A stretch of DNA of 64,000 bases from Octopus sinensis (taxonomy: Eukaryota): contig NC_043004.1 of the NCBI RefSeq assembly GCF_006345805.1, positions 100,440,001 to 100,504,000 on the forward strand, in the 5' to 3' direction. The stretch's first letter is position 1. Every line of letters starts with the position of its first letter. The translations under genes and the position numbers were made by a program. Shown piece by piece: positions 10,490 through 23,169 of this stretch. The notes under the pieces were generated by a model. The model made no database searches. It was not told the DNA's origin and worked only from the letters and a program-made list of their open reading frames with translations.

Positions 10490-13445
10490 TACACTAACCT
10501 CCACATTCCACTCAATGCAAAGGTGTGTACAAACAGCCCTTCCATCAATGCACAAAAATGGAAGGTCAATTCATTGAAGACTTGGTTGGTAACCATTCAC
10601 ACCACATCCCTTTCTTCATTCTCACTGAGACCCACCTTGACAACTCCCACTTGGAAGCCGAAGTGAGAGTGAAGAATTTCACAACCATCCGCGCGGATCG
10701 TATCGGCAGGAGGAAGGGTGGAACTGCCATTTTCCTGCATGATTCATTTACGGCAGATGGAAATAGTATATTCTCCAACGGCTACTGTGAATCAGTCACC
10801 GTGCACAACAAGCCAATGACCTGACAGTAATTGGGCTCTATAGGCCGCCCCAAACACCCATACTGTGCTTTAAAGAATGCCTCAACAGCATTAAGTGCTT
10901 TATTCAACAGTGCCATTCTAGCAACATACTCATGATGGGAGACTTCAATCTACCCTGTGTTGACTGGACTACAAACTGTTTGAAACCAAGCACTCCCGCC
11001 TCAACCGCTGACAAAGAAGCAGCAGAGTCACTTTTCGACTTTACGAATGAGTTTTTCTTGTCCCAACTTGTCCTTGCACCAAGACATCAGAACATTTTGG
11101 ACCTAGTGTTTAGTAACCACACTAACACTATACATAACGTTACAGTGGAAAAAACCCTTCTTTCAGACCATGACATGGTTCTCTGTAACATGAAATTCCA
11201 CCAGCCGAAAGCTAATCCTAGTGACCTTCCTCCAGCCCACCCATTTGACAACATGGATCTCCATAAAGCCAACTGGGATGCAATCAGGAACGAGCTATCA
11301 AATGTTGACTGGTCCTTTACACATACACACATCTCCACCAACCATAAGACATCTTGGCAGATCTTTGTAGACACCGTCACAGACATATGTGCAAAACACT
11401 CCCCACCAAGACCTGTGAACAAAAAGTGCAGAATCCCCCAAAACAGAAAAACCATTATCAGAAAAATAAAAAGAACAAACAAAAAAATTAACAAACTAAA
11501 GTACTGCAACAGCAACACACACATTCGACGGCTATCGCACTGCTTGAATCCAAAAAATATAACCTCCAACAATGCATGAAGACCCTCATCAATAACCAAA
11601 GATCAGCTGAGGAGAAGTGGGCCATTGAAAAAATCAAACTCAACCCCAAAGTGTTCTTTTCATTTGCGAGGAAACGCAGGGTCACTGTCTCCACTGTAGG
11701 CCCTCTAATTGACGAAACTGGCACTCTCCAAGATAATGCCAAATCCATGGCCGAGATACTGCAGAAACAATACTGCTCTGTTTTCAGCAATCCTGATATG
11801 GCCGATCTGGGCTGTATCAGTGATGTCAACCCCCAACACACTATATCGGACATAACGTTTAGTGCCCCTGATGTCTTAGCGGCGATAAACGAAATAAACA
11901 CACAATTCAGCAGTAGGCCCCGATAGGTTCCCTGCTTGTGTCCTGAAGGTGTGTCGACACCAACTTGCATCTCCCCTTGCTAATCTGTGGAGAAACTCAC
12001 TGGATGCTGGCTATATTCCAAAAAACCTTCTGTCCCAGTCTGTTGTCCCAGTTTTCAAAAAGGGAAACAAGTCCCTTGCAGTGAATTACCGTCCGATCTC
12101 ACTCACCTCTCATATCATCAAGGTATTTGAGAGGGTGGTGAGATCTCGAATAACCCAATTTCTGGAAAGCAACAGACGGCTGATCTCCAACCAACATGGG
12201 TTCCGTAATGGAAGGGACTGCCTAACGCAGCTCCTGCATCACTTTGAGGACATTTTGAGAGCTTTGGGAGAGGGCTCCAACACCGATGTCATCTACCTTG
12301 ATTTCAGTAAGGCCTTCGACAGGGTCGATCACAAGATCCTATTGAAAAAACTATCCAACATTGGTGTCTCTGGAAAGTTACTGAAATGGATTAAGTGTTT
12401 CCTGACAGACAGATCTCAACATGTTGTAGTTGAAGGGGTAAAATCAAGCCCAGCCAAAGTCAGTAGTGGCGTTCCGCAAGGCACTGTGCTGGGCCCACTT
12501 CTTTTCATCATTTACATTAATGACATTAATGACATCATCAAGCACAGCAACATAAAAATCTTTGCAGATGACTCCAAGCTACAGAAGGTCATAAATGAGG
12601 CGAGTGACCGGACATGCCTTCAGTCAGATCTACTGGCTGTTATCCAATGGGCAGAAAAAAACAATATGCTGCTGAACGAGGATAAATTTGAGCTAATCCA
12701 CTTTGGAAAAGAGGATGCCCTGAAACTCCCATACTCCCTTCCTTCAGGTGAAACTCTCGCGGCGTCCAACAACATCAGAGACTTGGGAGTAATTGTGGAC
12801 AACAACGTAAGCTGGGCCACTCATATAAACACCAAAGTTGACATGGCCCGCAGAATGTGTTCCTGGATTCTCAGAACTTTCCAGTCGAGAGATATCCACA
12901 CCATTATCCTTCTCTTCTCCACTTTTGCCCGACCCCACTTGAATACTGTTGTCCACTGTGGTCTCCCCACACAATACAAGGTATCATAAAAGTTGAAGCA
13001 CCTCAAAGGGCAATCACAAAAAAGATAGATGGCATGACAGGCCTCGACTATTGGGGTCGACTAGAAAAGCTAAAACTCTATTCTCTCCAACGTCGTCGTG
13101 AGCGCTACATCATCTGCATGATGTGGAAAATATTCCATCAGCATTGCCCAAATGATGTTGGCATCACCTTTAAGGTACATCCAAGGCTTGGGCCCCGTGC
13201 CATCCGCCCAAAACAAAAATCGCACTCTCATCTCATAACAACAATACGGCACAATTATTTCACCTCAATTGGCCCCGCTCTCTTAACATTACCCAAAACA
13301 CATTAAAACAGAAACTGACCCTATAGGGTTCAAGAAGTCTTTGGACAGATTCCTTCAAGAAATCCCGGATAAACCCCCTACACCCGGATATGTCTCTGTA
13401 AACAATAACTCTCTACTTGAGTGGGCCATAGTGCCCAAATTCTGA
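10490..13445 (+). pseudogene. CR1 ORF2: AP endonuclease plus reverse transcriptase
   Basis: APE motifs ILTETHL, GLYRPP, MGDFNLP, ILDLVF, SDH; RT motifs NYRPISLTS, QHGF, YLDFSKAFD, GVPQGTVLGP, FADD; C-terminal LYSLQRRRERY. Confidence 0.95.
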
Positions 13446-13571
13446 CTTGAAAGACTTCACCAGGTGGTGCTATTAAGTTAGACATGGCCTGGGCCAATAA
13501 TGGCCGAAACCTATCAAAGTATCAAAGTATCAAAGTATATATATACATATATAAACACATATGCATATGTG

Positions 13572-13603
<32 letters not shown>

Positions 13604-13690
13604 AATATATATAAACACATATAGCATATGTGTTATATATATAGATATATATATAATATATACATGTCTATATACATACATAATACATAC

Positions 13691-13757
<67 letters not shown>

Positions 13758-14410
13758 GTATGCAATTTTGCTATTATCCCTTTACATAACATAATCATTG
13801 CTTTTAAGTTTAAGCACTTATATGGTGAATCTCCTCCTTGATACGCGTATGTCTATGTATGCTCCTAGATGTATATGCGTTTGCGTATGAGTGTAGGGTA
13901 TTTGTATGTTTTTTAACCCCCAATAGATGTGCACAGCGATGGAAATAACTTCAAGAAAGCAAAAGAGTTATGAGTAATTATGGGTGGAGAGCGAATACGT
14001 GTCTACATATGTATATATACATACACACATATATATATTTAGATGTGTGTGTATGTATGCTTGTATGTTTAGCTGTTTATCTATGTATATATTCGTGCGT
14101 GTGCGTGTATGTGTATGATATATATATGCATATATATATGACTATGTGTATCTATCTGTCTATCAGTTATATCTATACAATATATATATATATATATGCA
14201 TATATATGCGTGTATGTGTGTGTGTTTGTGTGTCTGCGTATGTGTGTGTTTATAGCCCGCCAGAAACTGAGTGCTCAATGCGTTGTGTAGAGCATAATTA
14301 TGTTTTCTTCAATGATGTTGTCTGCTGCTGCTTTAACTTTTGCTAAATACATGCTCCCCTCTGGATGCATATAAGGGTCACAAGTCAGTTTCTTTTTGAC
14401 CCTGCTGTCT

Positions 14411-14486
<76 letters not shown>

Positions 14487-14848
14487 CTAGCTATTTCTTT
14501 GTTTCTTCCTTTGTATTTACCTACTCACACACATACACACGCACAAACACTTATACGATGTGTGCATACGCGTGGGTAGATAACTGGGATTATGAAAGTA
14601 TGGCTGGATGTTTGAACCTATGTATCATCGACAAAATAAATATTCTCTTCCGTCTCAGCACTTAAACATAAATGTCATTCATGTTCTCGAAGTATAAAAA
14701 TACCTTATATTGACACAAAATTTGATCGTCTCACTTCACTTGTCGTTTCGATATGATATTCCGTAAATATCTACTACGATTAATATTTACTCATTGTTAA
14801 TATTAGCAACATGAACTGAACGAAAAATAGACAGACCAACATATAGAC

Positions 14849-14854
<6 letters not shown>

Positions 14855-14945
<91 letters not shown>
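14855..14945. repeat. (GATA)n microsatellite
   Basis: Direct reading. Confidence 0.95.
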
Positions 14946-15469
14946 TTGCTTTTAATTTATCTCCGAACATGTAATAATACTTAACTAAAGTACTTTAATA
15001 TAACACGTTTATATATTTGCACATTGACAAGGACCTGTATATATATATTTTCAAATGTTCTGTCGTGTCTGTCTATTTCGGTTTATGTAGCAAAATATAT
15101 TTACTGGAGTTGAGTTGGGTCAATGGATACGCGTTTGTCTTTCCTCCAAGTATTTTAATCTTTCGACATACTCTTCATTATCTGCTCTCCAATCTATCCG
15201 TCTTAGTATTTTTCTCGCTCTCCTAATAAATGTTTTCAATGTCTGTCGCATTTTTACTCTTTTTCAGTTTTATTTCTATATTTACCTTCATTGCTGAATG
15301 TTGACAGAAATCTTTGGAGTGTCTTTATCTCATCAAATTCTTTATGTTCTGTGTTCGAATCACACCCGAGTTATCTTTGTCTATCCTCCATTTAATGTCT
15401 ATAAAATAATTGACCAGTCCATTGTGTCGGATTCGTGAATTTTTAGAGCGTTAGACAAAAACATTTAAC

Positions 15470-15870
15470 AGGCGCAGGAGTGGCTGTGTGGTAAGTAGCT
15501 TGCTAACCAACCACATGGTTCCGGGTTCAGTCCCACTGCGTGGCATCTTGGGCAAGTGTCTTCTGCTATAGCCCCGGGCCGACCAATGCCTTGTGAGTGG
15601 ATTTGGTAGACGGAAACTGAAAGAAGCCCGTCGTATATATGTATATATATATGTGTGTGTGTGTTTGTCCCCCTAGCATTGCTTGACAACCGATGCTGGT
15701 GTGTTTACGTCCCCATCACTTAGCGGTTCGGCAGAAGAGACCGATAGAATAAGTACTGGGCTTACAAAGAATAAGTCCCGGGGTCGATTTGCTCGACTAA
15801 AGGCGGTGTTCCAGCATAGCCGCAGTCAAATGACTGAAACAAGTAAAAGAGTAAAAGAGTAAAAGAGAGT
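15470..15870 (+). mobile_element. tRNA-derived SINE, family B (GGCGCAGGAGTGGCTGTGTGGTAAG head, internal TA/TG microsatellite, (GTAAAAGA)n tail)
   Basis: A box, B box GGTTCAGTCC, conserved body GCCTTGTGAGTGGATTTGGTAGACGGAAACTGAAAGAAGCC; several copies in the window. Confidence 0.9.
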
Positions 15871-16098
15871 ATTTATTTGGGGATTTTGTGCTCTCAGTTC
15901 AGCAGTGACGACATTGGTGCTATCTGTATTGTCCATTGCTATTCTTTGAACAACATCGGCAACAGAAAATGGAGAGAGTAATGTTGTTGTATGAGCAATT
16001 GATTCTTTTCCATTAAAATTTTGCCAAGGCCTGCCTTCTGGGGGGGAACTTTATAGATGCAGATGAATAGTGAGCCCTGTGCGTGTATGAGTGTATGT

Positions 16099-16146
<48 letters not shown>

Positions 16147-16161
16147 TAGATAGATAGATAA

Positions 16162-16246
<85 letters not shown>

Positions 16247-16249
16247 ATA

Positions 16250-18372
16250 CGAACCTGGGTGGTCACTTGAACGGGACTTGCAGTCCTCGACCACACCCAC
16301 CACAGAATGAAAAACGTAAGAGAATCAAATAGACCCTAGAAAATGTCATTTACGCCTATTAGTATGCGTTAGGCAGGCTATCTGAAGAGAAACATACTGT
16401 ACACTCTAACCAGATATGGAGAACCCGAAATCAAGACAGCAGACTATATCTGGACGAAAAGAAGTTAGCAAATGTTAGGAGGGATATCTTCAGAAATAAA
16501 AGACTCACATATAACTGCGGTCAAGCACGCAGTGTAAAATAACCTAAATATGGTGGAAGCACTCCGTCGGTTACGACGACGAGGGTTCCGGTTGATCCGA
16601 TCAAAGGAACAGCCTTCTCGTGAAATTAACGTGTAAGTGGCTGAGCACTCCACAGACACGTGTACCCTTAACGTAGTTCTCGGGGATATTCAGCGTGACA
16701 CAGAGAGTGACAAGGCCGGCCCTTTGAAATGCAGGTACAACAGAAACAGGAAGTAAGAGTGAGAGAAAGTTGTGGTGAAAGAGTACAGCAGGGATCACCA
16801 CCATCCCTGCCGGAGCCTCGTGAAGCTTTAGGTGTTTTCGCTCAATAAACACTCACAACGCCCGGTCTGGGAATCGAAACCACGATCCTACGACCGCGAG
16901 TCCGATGCCCTAACCACTGGGCCATTGCGCCTCCACCCTGAAGAACATAGAGTCTATAACAGAATTGAAGCAGAAAATCCTGAATAATCTTGCAGTTGTA
17001 AGACACGACAATATGCATGATAAAGAACCACTTCATAAACTCTCAAATACAATCCAAAATAGAAAACAAATTAAAATTGGAAAATATGTAACAAAGGAAA
17101 TTATATAAGAACTAAAACCAGATCTCACTGAACTAAATGAAATTATTTATGCAGCTGCTAAGATAATTGAAAGCAGTTGTATGCCTCTAAAAAAACCCCA
17201 AAAAAACAAAGGAATAATACAAACCTGAGAAGAATTCTAAACTGGAAAAGTAAAATTGAAAAAATATTGAAATAACGAGAAGGGAAATATCAATAGGGAA
17301 TGAACTAATCTGTGGAAACGACGTAAAAACCAGAAAAGGAAGAAAGATGGAGAGAAAATATAAATTCTCATCAAGAGAACTGCTTTCAGCAAAAGAAACT
17401 CTACAGCAAAAAATCCAAGCAAAAGCTCAAATAATATGAAGATTTGACGAAAGGAAAAACTTTTACAAGCAAAATAAGCTGTTCTCATCCAATACGAAAA
17501 CATCTGACAGAGAACTAGGGAAGGAGAAAATAACCGTTAAAGTCCTCACTCCCATGGAAGAAGTTGAAAATTTCTGGGAAGATATCTGGAGTGATGGAAA
17601 GACTAACAATGAAAATGCAGACTAGATTATACGCAAAGAAGGATCTTACTAAAACTTACCGGAACAAGCATGGGAAGACATCGCAATTGCAGACATAAGG
17701 ATGGAACTCACGAAGGCTCATAAGTGGAAATCCCCTGGTAATGATAGGATGCCAAATTTCTGGCTCGCCTCGCTACCGTCTGTTACAAGCGACACCCTGA
17801 AACTGTAACTGAGAGAGAAAATGTAAGTACTCTTTGGGAGTTTCCAGTATGTACAGACCGGACCATCAAAGCAAATAGACCAGATATTGTTGTGAAAGTC
17901 CAAAACAATAAAGTTTGTTTATTGAATGACATGAGCATACTCTCTGACCATCTGGACAAACGAATTTGATAAGCTCAGAAAATTTAAAGATTTGCTGAAA
18001 TCTAAAAGACGTGGCATCTCAAGACGGCTACAATACCAGTGATTGTAGGAGCTCTGGAATGATAAAAAAGAGTACTGAGAATTATTTAAGAAAGATCCCT
18101 GGCTTACCATCTATCCATCGTATTGAGAAGAGCATTGTCACTGTAAATTTTCTTTACTTTCCCCTCTTTATTTTCTTTGTTTACTTTTTTACTTTTTATT
18201 TTTTCCTCTCTCTCTCTCTCTGTTTTTCATCCCTTTTTCTCTAACAAATGACTTTGGAAATGAGCAATCTGGTGTGTTTATTTTTTCATGGCCCATCAAT
18301 GTATACAGTACGTTTCTCTGCCCTAGGTATCAGGAAGACACTCAGGAAGAAATGGAAACAGAATTGGAAAAT

Positions 18373-18374
<2 letters not shown>
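16250..18374 (+). mobile_element. R4/Dong-clade LINE, internally deleted and SINE-interrupted
   Basis: YLDEKKLANVRRDIFRNKRLT, NFYKQNKLF, FWEDIW, WKSPGND..NFWL, then a jump to the endonuclease NRPDIV..IPVIVGALG; followed by (AAT)n. Confidence 0.75.
16553..16934 (-). mobile_element. tRNA-derived SINE, family C (GGAGGCGCAATGGCCCAGTGG head)
   Basis: Near-identical to 32157-32540; A and B boxes. Confidence 0.92.
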
Positions 18375-18419
<45 letters not shown>

Positions 18420-18810
18420 GTTTGACAAGCTCAAAAAATATAAAGACCTACTCATTGAAATTGAGAAAATGTGGCATCTCAAGGCGGTTACAATACCAGT
18501 GATCGTAGGAGCACTAGGAATGATCAAGAAGGGAACCGAAAATTATATGAGAATGATCCCTGGCTTACCATCCCTGCAAGAAATACAAAAGATTGTCTTA
18601 ACTGGTACATCACACGTATTGAGAAGAGCATTGTCGATGTGAGAATTATTACTACCCATGTATTTTAATTTAACTTAAAAATGAAAAAAATGAACGAACT
18701 ATTGAGTTTGGTTTAATGGCCTACCAATGTATACTATGATTTTCTTTGCCCTGGGAGTCGGGAAGACACTCGGCAAGAAATGGAAGCAAATTTGAAAGAA
18801 GAAAAAAAAG
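18420..18810 (+). mobile_element. R4/Dong 3' fragment (restriction-like endonuclease end plus 3' UTR) within (AAT)n
   Basis: KYKDLLIEIEKMWHLKAVTIPVIVGALGMIKK..VLRRALSM*; 3' UTR homologous to that of the upstream copy. Confidence 0.85.
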
Positions 18811-18830
18811 TAATAATAATAAAAATGATG

Positions 18831-18893
<63 letters not shown>

Positions 18894-18896
<3 letters not shown>

Positions 18897-19387
18897 TGGT
18901 ACGACCACAAGCCTGAAGGCATCACCGAATATAAAAATGCAAAGATCCTATGGAATTTTATGATTCAGTGTGACTATGAGATAGAGAATAGGAAGCCGGA
19001 CATAGTCTTAATTGAGAAAGAAAACAAACTATGCTGGATCATAGATATAGCATGCCCAGCTGACAACAAGGTATGCGATAAAGAAGAAAGAAAAGTCGAG
19101 AGATATGATAGGTTAGCTTGGGAAGATAAGAAGTTGTGGTCGATGAAAAAGGTAGCAGTGGTACGAATAGTTATCGGAGCCCTAGGAACAGTGAGCAAAA
19201 ATCTCTATAAGTACGTGAAACAAATAAGGCCTGCAATAAGGGTGGCGCACTTGCAGAAAACAGCACTGCTTGGAACCGTTCGAATACTCCGGAAGGTGCT
19301 CAAAAAATAGGAAGTATTACCTTAGTTCACTGGTAGTGAACAGCTGACAGTGTAATAAATCTCCAGCGTTAGAAGCTGTGCAGAGGC
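18894..19387 (+). mobile_element. R4/Dong 3' fragment of a different subfamily within (AAT)n
   Basis: WYDHKPE..ILWNF..RKPDIV..IIDIACP..K..Y..L..IVIGALG (PD..D-type endonuclease); AAT repeats on both sides. Confidence 0.85.
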
Positions 19388-19574
19388 AATAATGATAATA
19401 ATAAATAATAGACCCTCTCGTCTCGAGATGTCCTGTGCTGACAAGAAATGAATACAAATCTCGCCACGATAGGTTAGGACAGTATTTACAACAAATATTC
19501 TGCACAATACTACAGATTTGCTTGTCGGTTGTTTGACCTTAACTAGTTGAGCAAGTCCTTTAGTGGCTGACGAT

Positions 19575-20002
19575 ATTGCTCTACAACGCTGTTGGGAGGC
19601 ATTTATCTGCCTCTCGGGGTGCTGAGCTGGAATCCAACTGTCTTTTTTCTGTTGGTCTTTGCTCCTGTGACTACTTCATATTCTCTTAGAGCAGTGTCGA
19701 TCAGGTCTATGTAGCTGGTGTCCCTCGAAGTATGTTGACACAGTTCTTCCGCGTGAGGTAGCCCTCAACGTCTCTACTTTCCACCGTAGTGATTCAGGAG
19801 CTAGAACATACGGAAGAGTCGACAGGGAACAACGATTAAGGACCGAGCGCATGGTACTGAATGGTTCTGATAGGTAACCATTCATTCTCACCAGAGCAAA
19901 TATCGTTCTAGAATGCGACAGTGCAACCGTGGAAGACGGAATCGAAACCGGCCGCCCTGAAAACAGCCGCCAACTATTGGTAGTCGACCCTATCGAAAGC
20001 AA
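19575..20002 (-). mobile_element. Degenerate Tx1/L1-clade RT fragment
   Basis: AFDRVD..VRMNGYLSEPF..YEVVTGAK, homologous to 24400-24830. Confidence 0.8.
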
Positions 20003-20652
20003 TTAATCGATCTAAATTGATCAAGTGTTATCATTCTGATTTTAGGAGCTCAATGAAATATGTGCCAGTAATATACGTCCACATATAGTTATCTATAAAC
20101 CAGCTAACTATGTTTCGTAGAATATTAGGATGGAGCAGGTAATATAATACTGAAATATTTCTTAGTAAGAAAGAACACATGTAAGGACCATCAGGAGTAA
20201 AGCGAGATTAACGAATATTATTATTAATAACCTCATCTTTAATTATAATCATGATTACTAAGAAATACATTAGTAATTATAAAATTATTAACTATTAAAA
20301 TAAAGTATAATTAAGCTATTGACTCGTAAACATCGGATTTTACTAGTTCTAATGTATTTCAATGTTATGTTAATGGCTCATAAATCCGGATATATGACAA
20401 TTAAGATATCTGATAGAATTATTACGATCTAAATCAAAATAATTTCCTTGAATACAGCTATTAAAGTTAGAAGGGTCGATGAAATAAAGTACAAAGACAA
20501 ATACTGATATCGATTTTATTGGCTGTGCCCCCTCCAACATTTATTGATTTTCGCCATTGACAGAGATCTGTTAAATGACTTTAATGCGGAATCCAACTCA
20601 TCGAATGCATATGTAAGAATTACCTGATGTTTAGTTTGTTTTTATGACATAC

Positions 20653-20790
20653 TCTGAGGAGCTGCAATAGTGACAACAGATCCTGTAAACTCCTCTATAT
20701 CAATATCAAGGAGTTCACACACACGGTAAGCCGTGTAGATGAGATGTGGAATACAGTGAAGGAGTTTATTATAATAAATGTCAGTTAGTA
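20653..20790 (-). other. Candidate exon (LTDIYYNKLLHCIPHLIYTAYRVCELLDIDIEEFTGSVVTIAAPQ)
   Basis: TTTAG acceptor, AGA|GTATGT donor, 138 nt open in phase 1-1. Confidence 0.3.
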
Positions 20791-21703
20791 CTAAAGTTTA
20801 ATGAAATCGACAAGCTGCTCCCCGCTAAAACTGTTGGCTTTCTCACAAAAATTAGAAAGAATCGTTTGAGTAGTTTTAATTAAATGGTATATTTGTTTCA
20901 TCATATTATGTATTTTTGCTTCTTCTTAACTAATATACCCCGATAACTTTTCCTTGTCTGTCATTTACGTTGTCAGCCAATAAAAATTTATTCAGTCAAA
21001 ATCTTTATATCCTTTAGTTTAGTAGAATCTAGTAATGACTATGCTTCCCTTGATGACCCTAATATATCTGGATTTGTTATTGTACTGCGGGAAATTCACA
21101 TTTGTTCCTCTCATATACATTCCTTCATGTTTGAATTAATTTTAATCACAAAGTTGAAACATTTCTTTCTAAATTACACTTAGTATTAAAGCAAATGATT
21201 TTCCTCCTTCCCAGGAGTGCAGTTTTAATTAATATATTTATTCCTAAATGACTAGGTATTGCCTATGTTTGATCACTAATTAACGACATAGAAGCTGCAG
21301 TTTTATTACATATCTTGTTTTCCAGAGCTAATTAATCACACTCCTCTTTCAACTAAACTTCATTAATACTACTACCTTAGAACGTACTCGAAGTTCTAGA
21401 ACAGATCTATAACTAATTTCAATAGATCCTTATCACGTTTATACTCATAACTATTCTTCACTTCAATCTAGGATAATGCAAGTCATACATAAATTTCTGT
21501 CTACTTTACACATTGGTCATTTTTCACGCAGAGTTGTAAACTCAAGATCAAAATCTATGAAATAACTTATATCGAGTATGAACTACCTATTCATGAGGAT
21601 AGATATTAGAGGTGTAGAACATTTTAAGAATACATATCGCAAATACGTCAGTTTCACTTACCGTCCATTAGAAACACATATGTTTGTAGCTGAATATTCA
21701 CTC

Positions 21704-22015
21704 TATAACAGGTTAGTATTAGTAACCTAATAAACTAGATGATGTGGAGATTTGAACAAAAATCCATTAACGACATGTTTTGAAAACGTACATTTTTGCA
21801 AAAAATACTTAAGTGTATATCAAGGAGTGTGTGTGTGGATGTGTGTGTGTGGATGTACAGAGAAAAATTTATCTATATGTGTGTATATTATATATATATA
21901 TATTATATATATATATATGCATGTATGTATGTATATGTATATATAATATACATATTTGTATGGCATATATATATTATATAATTCATTCATTTATGTGTGC
22001 GTATGTGTCTATATT

Positions 22016-22065
<50 letters not shown>

Positions 22066-22395
22066 TATATATCTATAGACTTATATATATATACTATATA
22101 TATATATATATTTACTTTTATATATATAAATATATCTATATATTTACTTTTATATATATAAATTATATATATATACTTATATACACGCATATTATGTATA
22201 GATATATATATATATAATATATATATATATATACACACACAAATTGCATCTTGAAAGTATATACATATTGATGGAAATGTCCACAAGCGTGTTCGCAATA
22301 ATGCGCAATTTGAAAATATGTTTTCGGTAATGGATTTTTGTTTAAACCTGCATATCATTCAGTTTATTAGGTTACTAATACTAACCAGTTTTATA
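21704..22395. mobile_element. MITE-like element with long terminal inverted repeats around a (TA)n core
   Basis: Perfect 26-bp inverted repeat 21711-21736 / 22361-22386, imperfect extension inward to about 95 bp, possible TA target duplication. Confidence 0.65.
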
Positions 22396-23169
22396 TTGAA
22401 CATTTAGATATAATCCCATATACACACACATATATATATATATATATTATATATATGTATATATATACACACATACATGTACAAATACATCTACGTATCA
22501 GTTTCGTGTTAACGCTCACACACATCAATATTTAACCACGTCATAGGATATATAAACCAGTCTTGTATAAATATTGAAAGAATAGTTTAGCTGCCTGAGG
22601 GAGAATGTAAAACAAGGCCAAGCAATTATTAAAAAATTACGCGAAACAACTCTTTGTAACGTTTATGTTAGGAAGCTGTGTCCCGGGTATAAATGTGTCA
22701 ATATACACGAAATTATACATACACACATATGCATGCGCAAACAAACACTTACATGTACTAGAAAGCTTATATTATATATATATATATATATATAGATATG
22801 TTTCTTTATTAGCCACACAGGGCTGCACACAGATAGAACAAATTACAAGGTAGAGCTTTTCTTTTGGGGGTAAAAAAAGGAGAGTGGTGGTTTTCGATCA
22901 AAAGAGATCGTAAAAGGAAAGAAAAAGGAAAAAAAAAAGGGAGAGGTGGGAGAGGTTAAAAAAAGGGGGGGGAGGAAAAAAATGAAATAGGGATCGTTAT
23001 CACAGAAATGTCAATATGAAGTGTAAAGGGGAGGACAGGTGAGGTTTACCCGTGGAAAGAAAAGCCTACGGAAAAGACCACGGTAACCTCGGTCAATGAA
23101 GTCACATGTTATATTTCTTTTTTTTTTTTTTTTTGCAAATAAGCAACTCTCTGTATTAATTTTTATGGT

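Larger units (their letters stand above)
9221..13538 (+). mobile_element. Near full-length CR1-clade LINE, inactivated by frameshifts
   Basis: ORF1, APE and RT in order; 3' end is three copies of the octamer ATCAAAGT (13513-13536), typical of CR1 tails. Confidence 0.92.

Noticed and set aside
11087-11970. Minus-strand ORFs of 160-170 aa
   Set aside because: Antisense shadows of the CR1 ORF2.
21661-21725. Candidate exon ending at ACG|GTAAGT
   Set aside because: Its acceptor lies inside the MITE terminal repeat and its phase does not fit neighbouring candidates.
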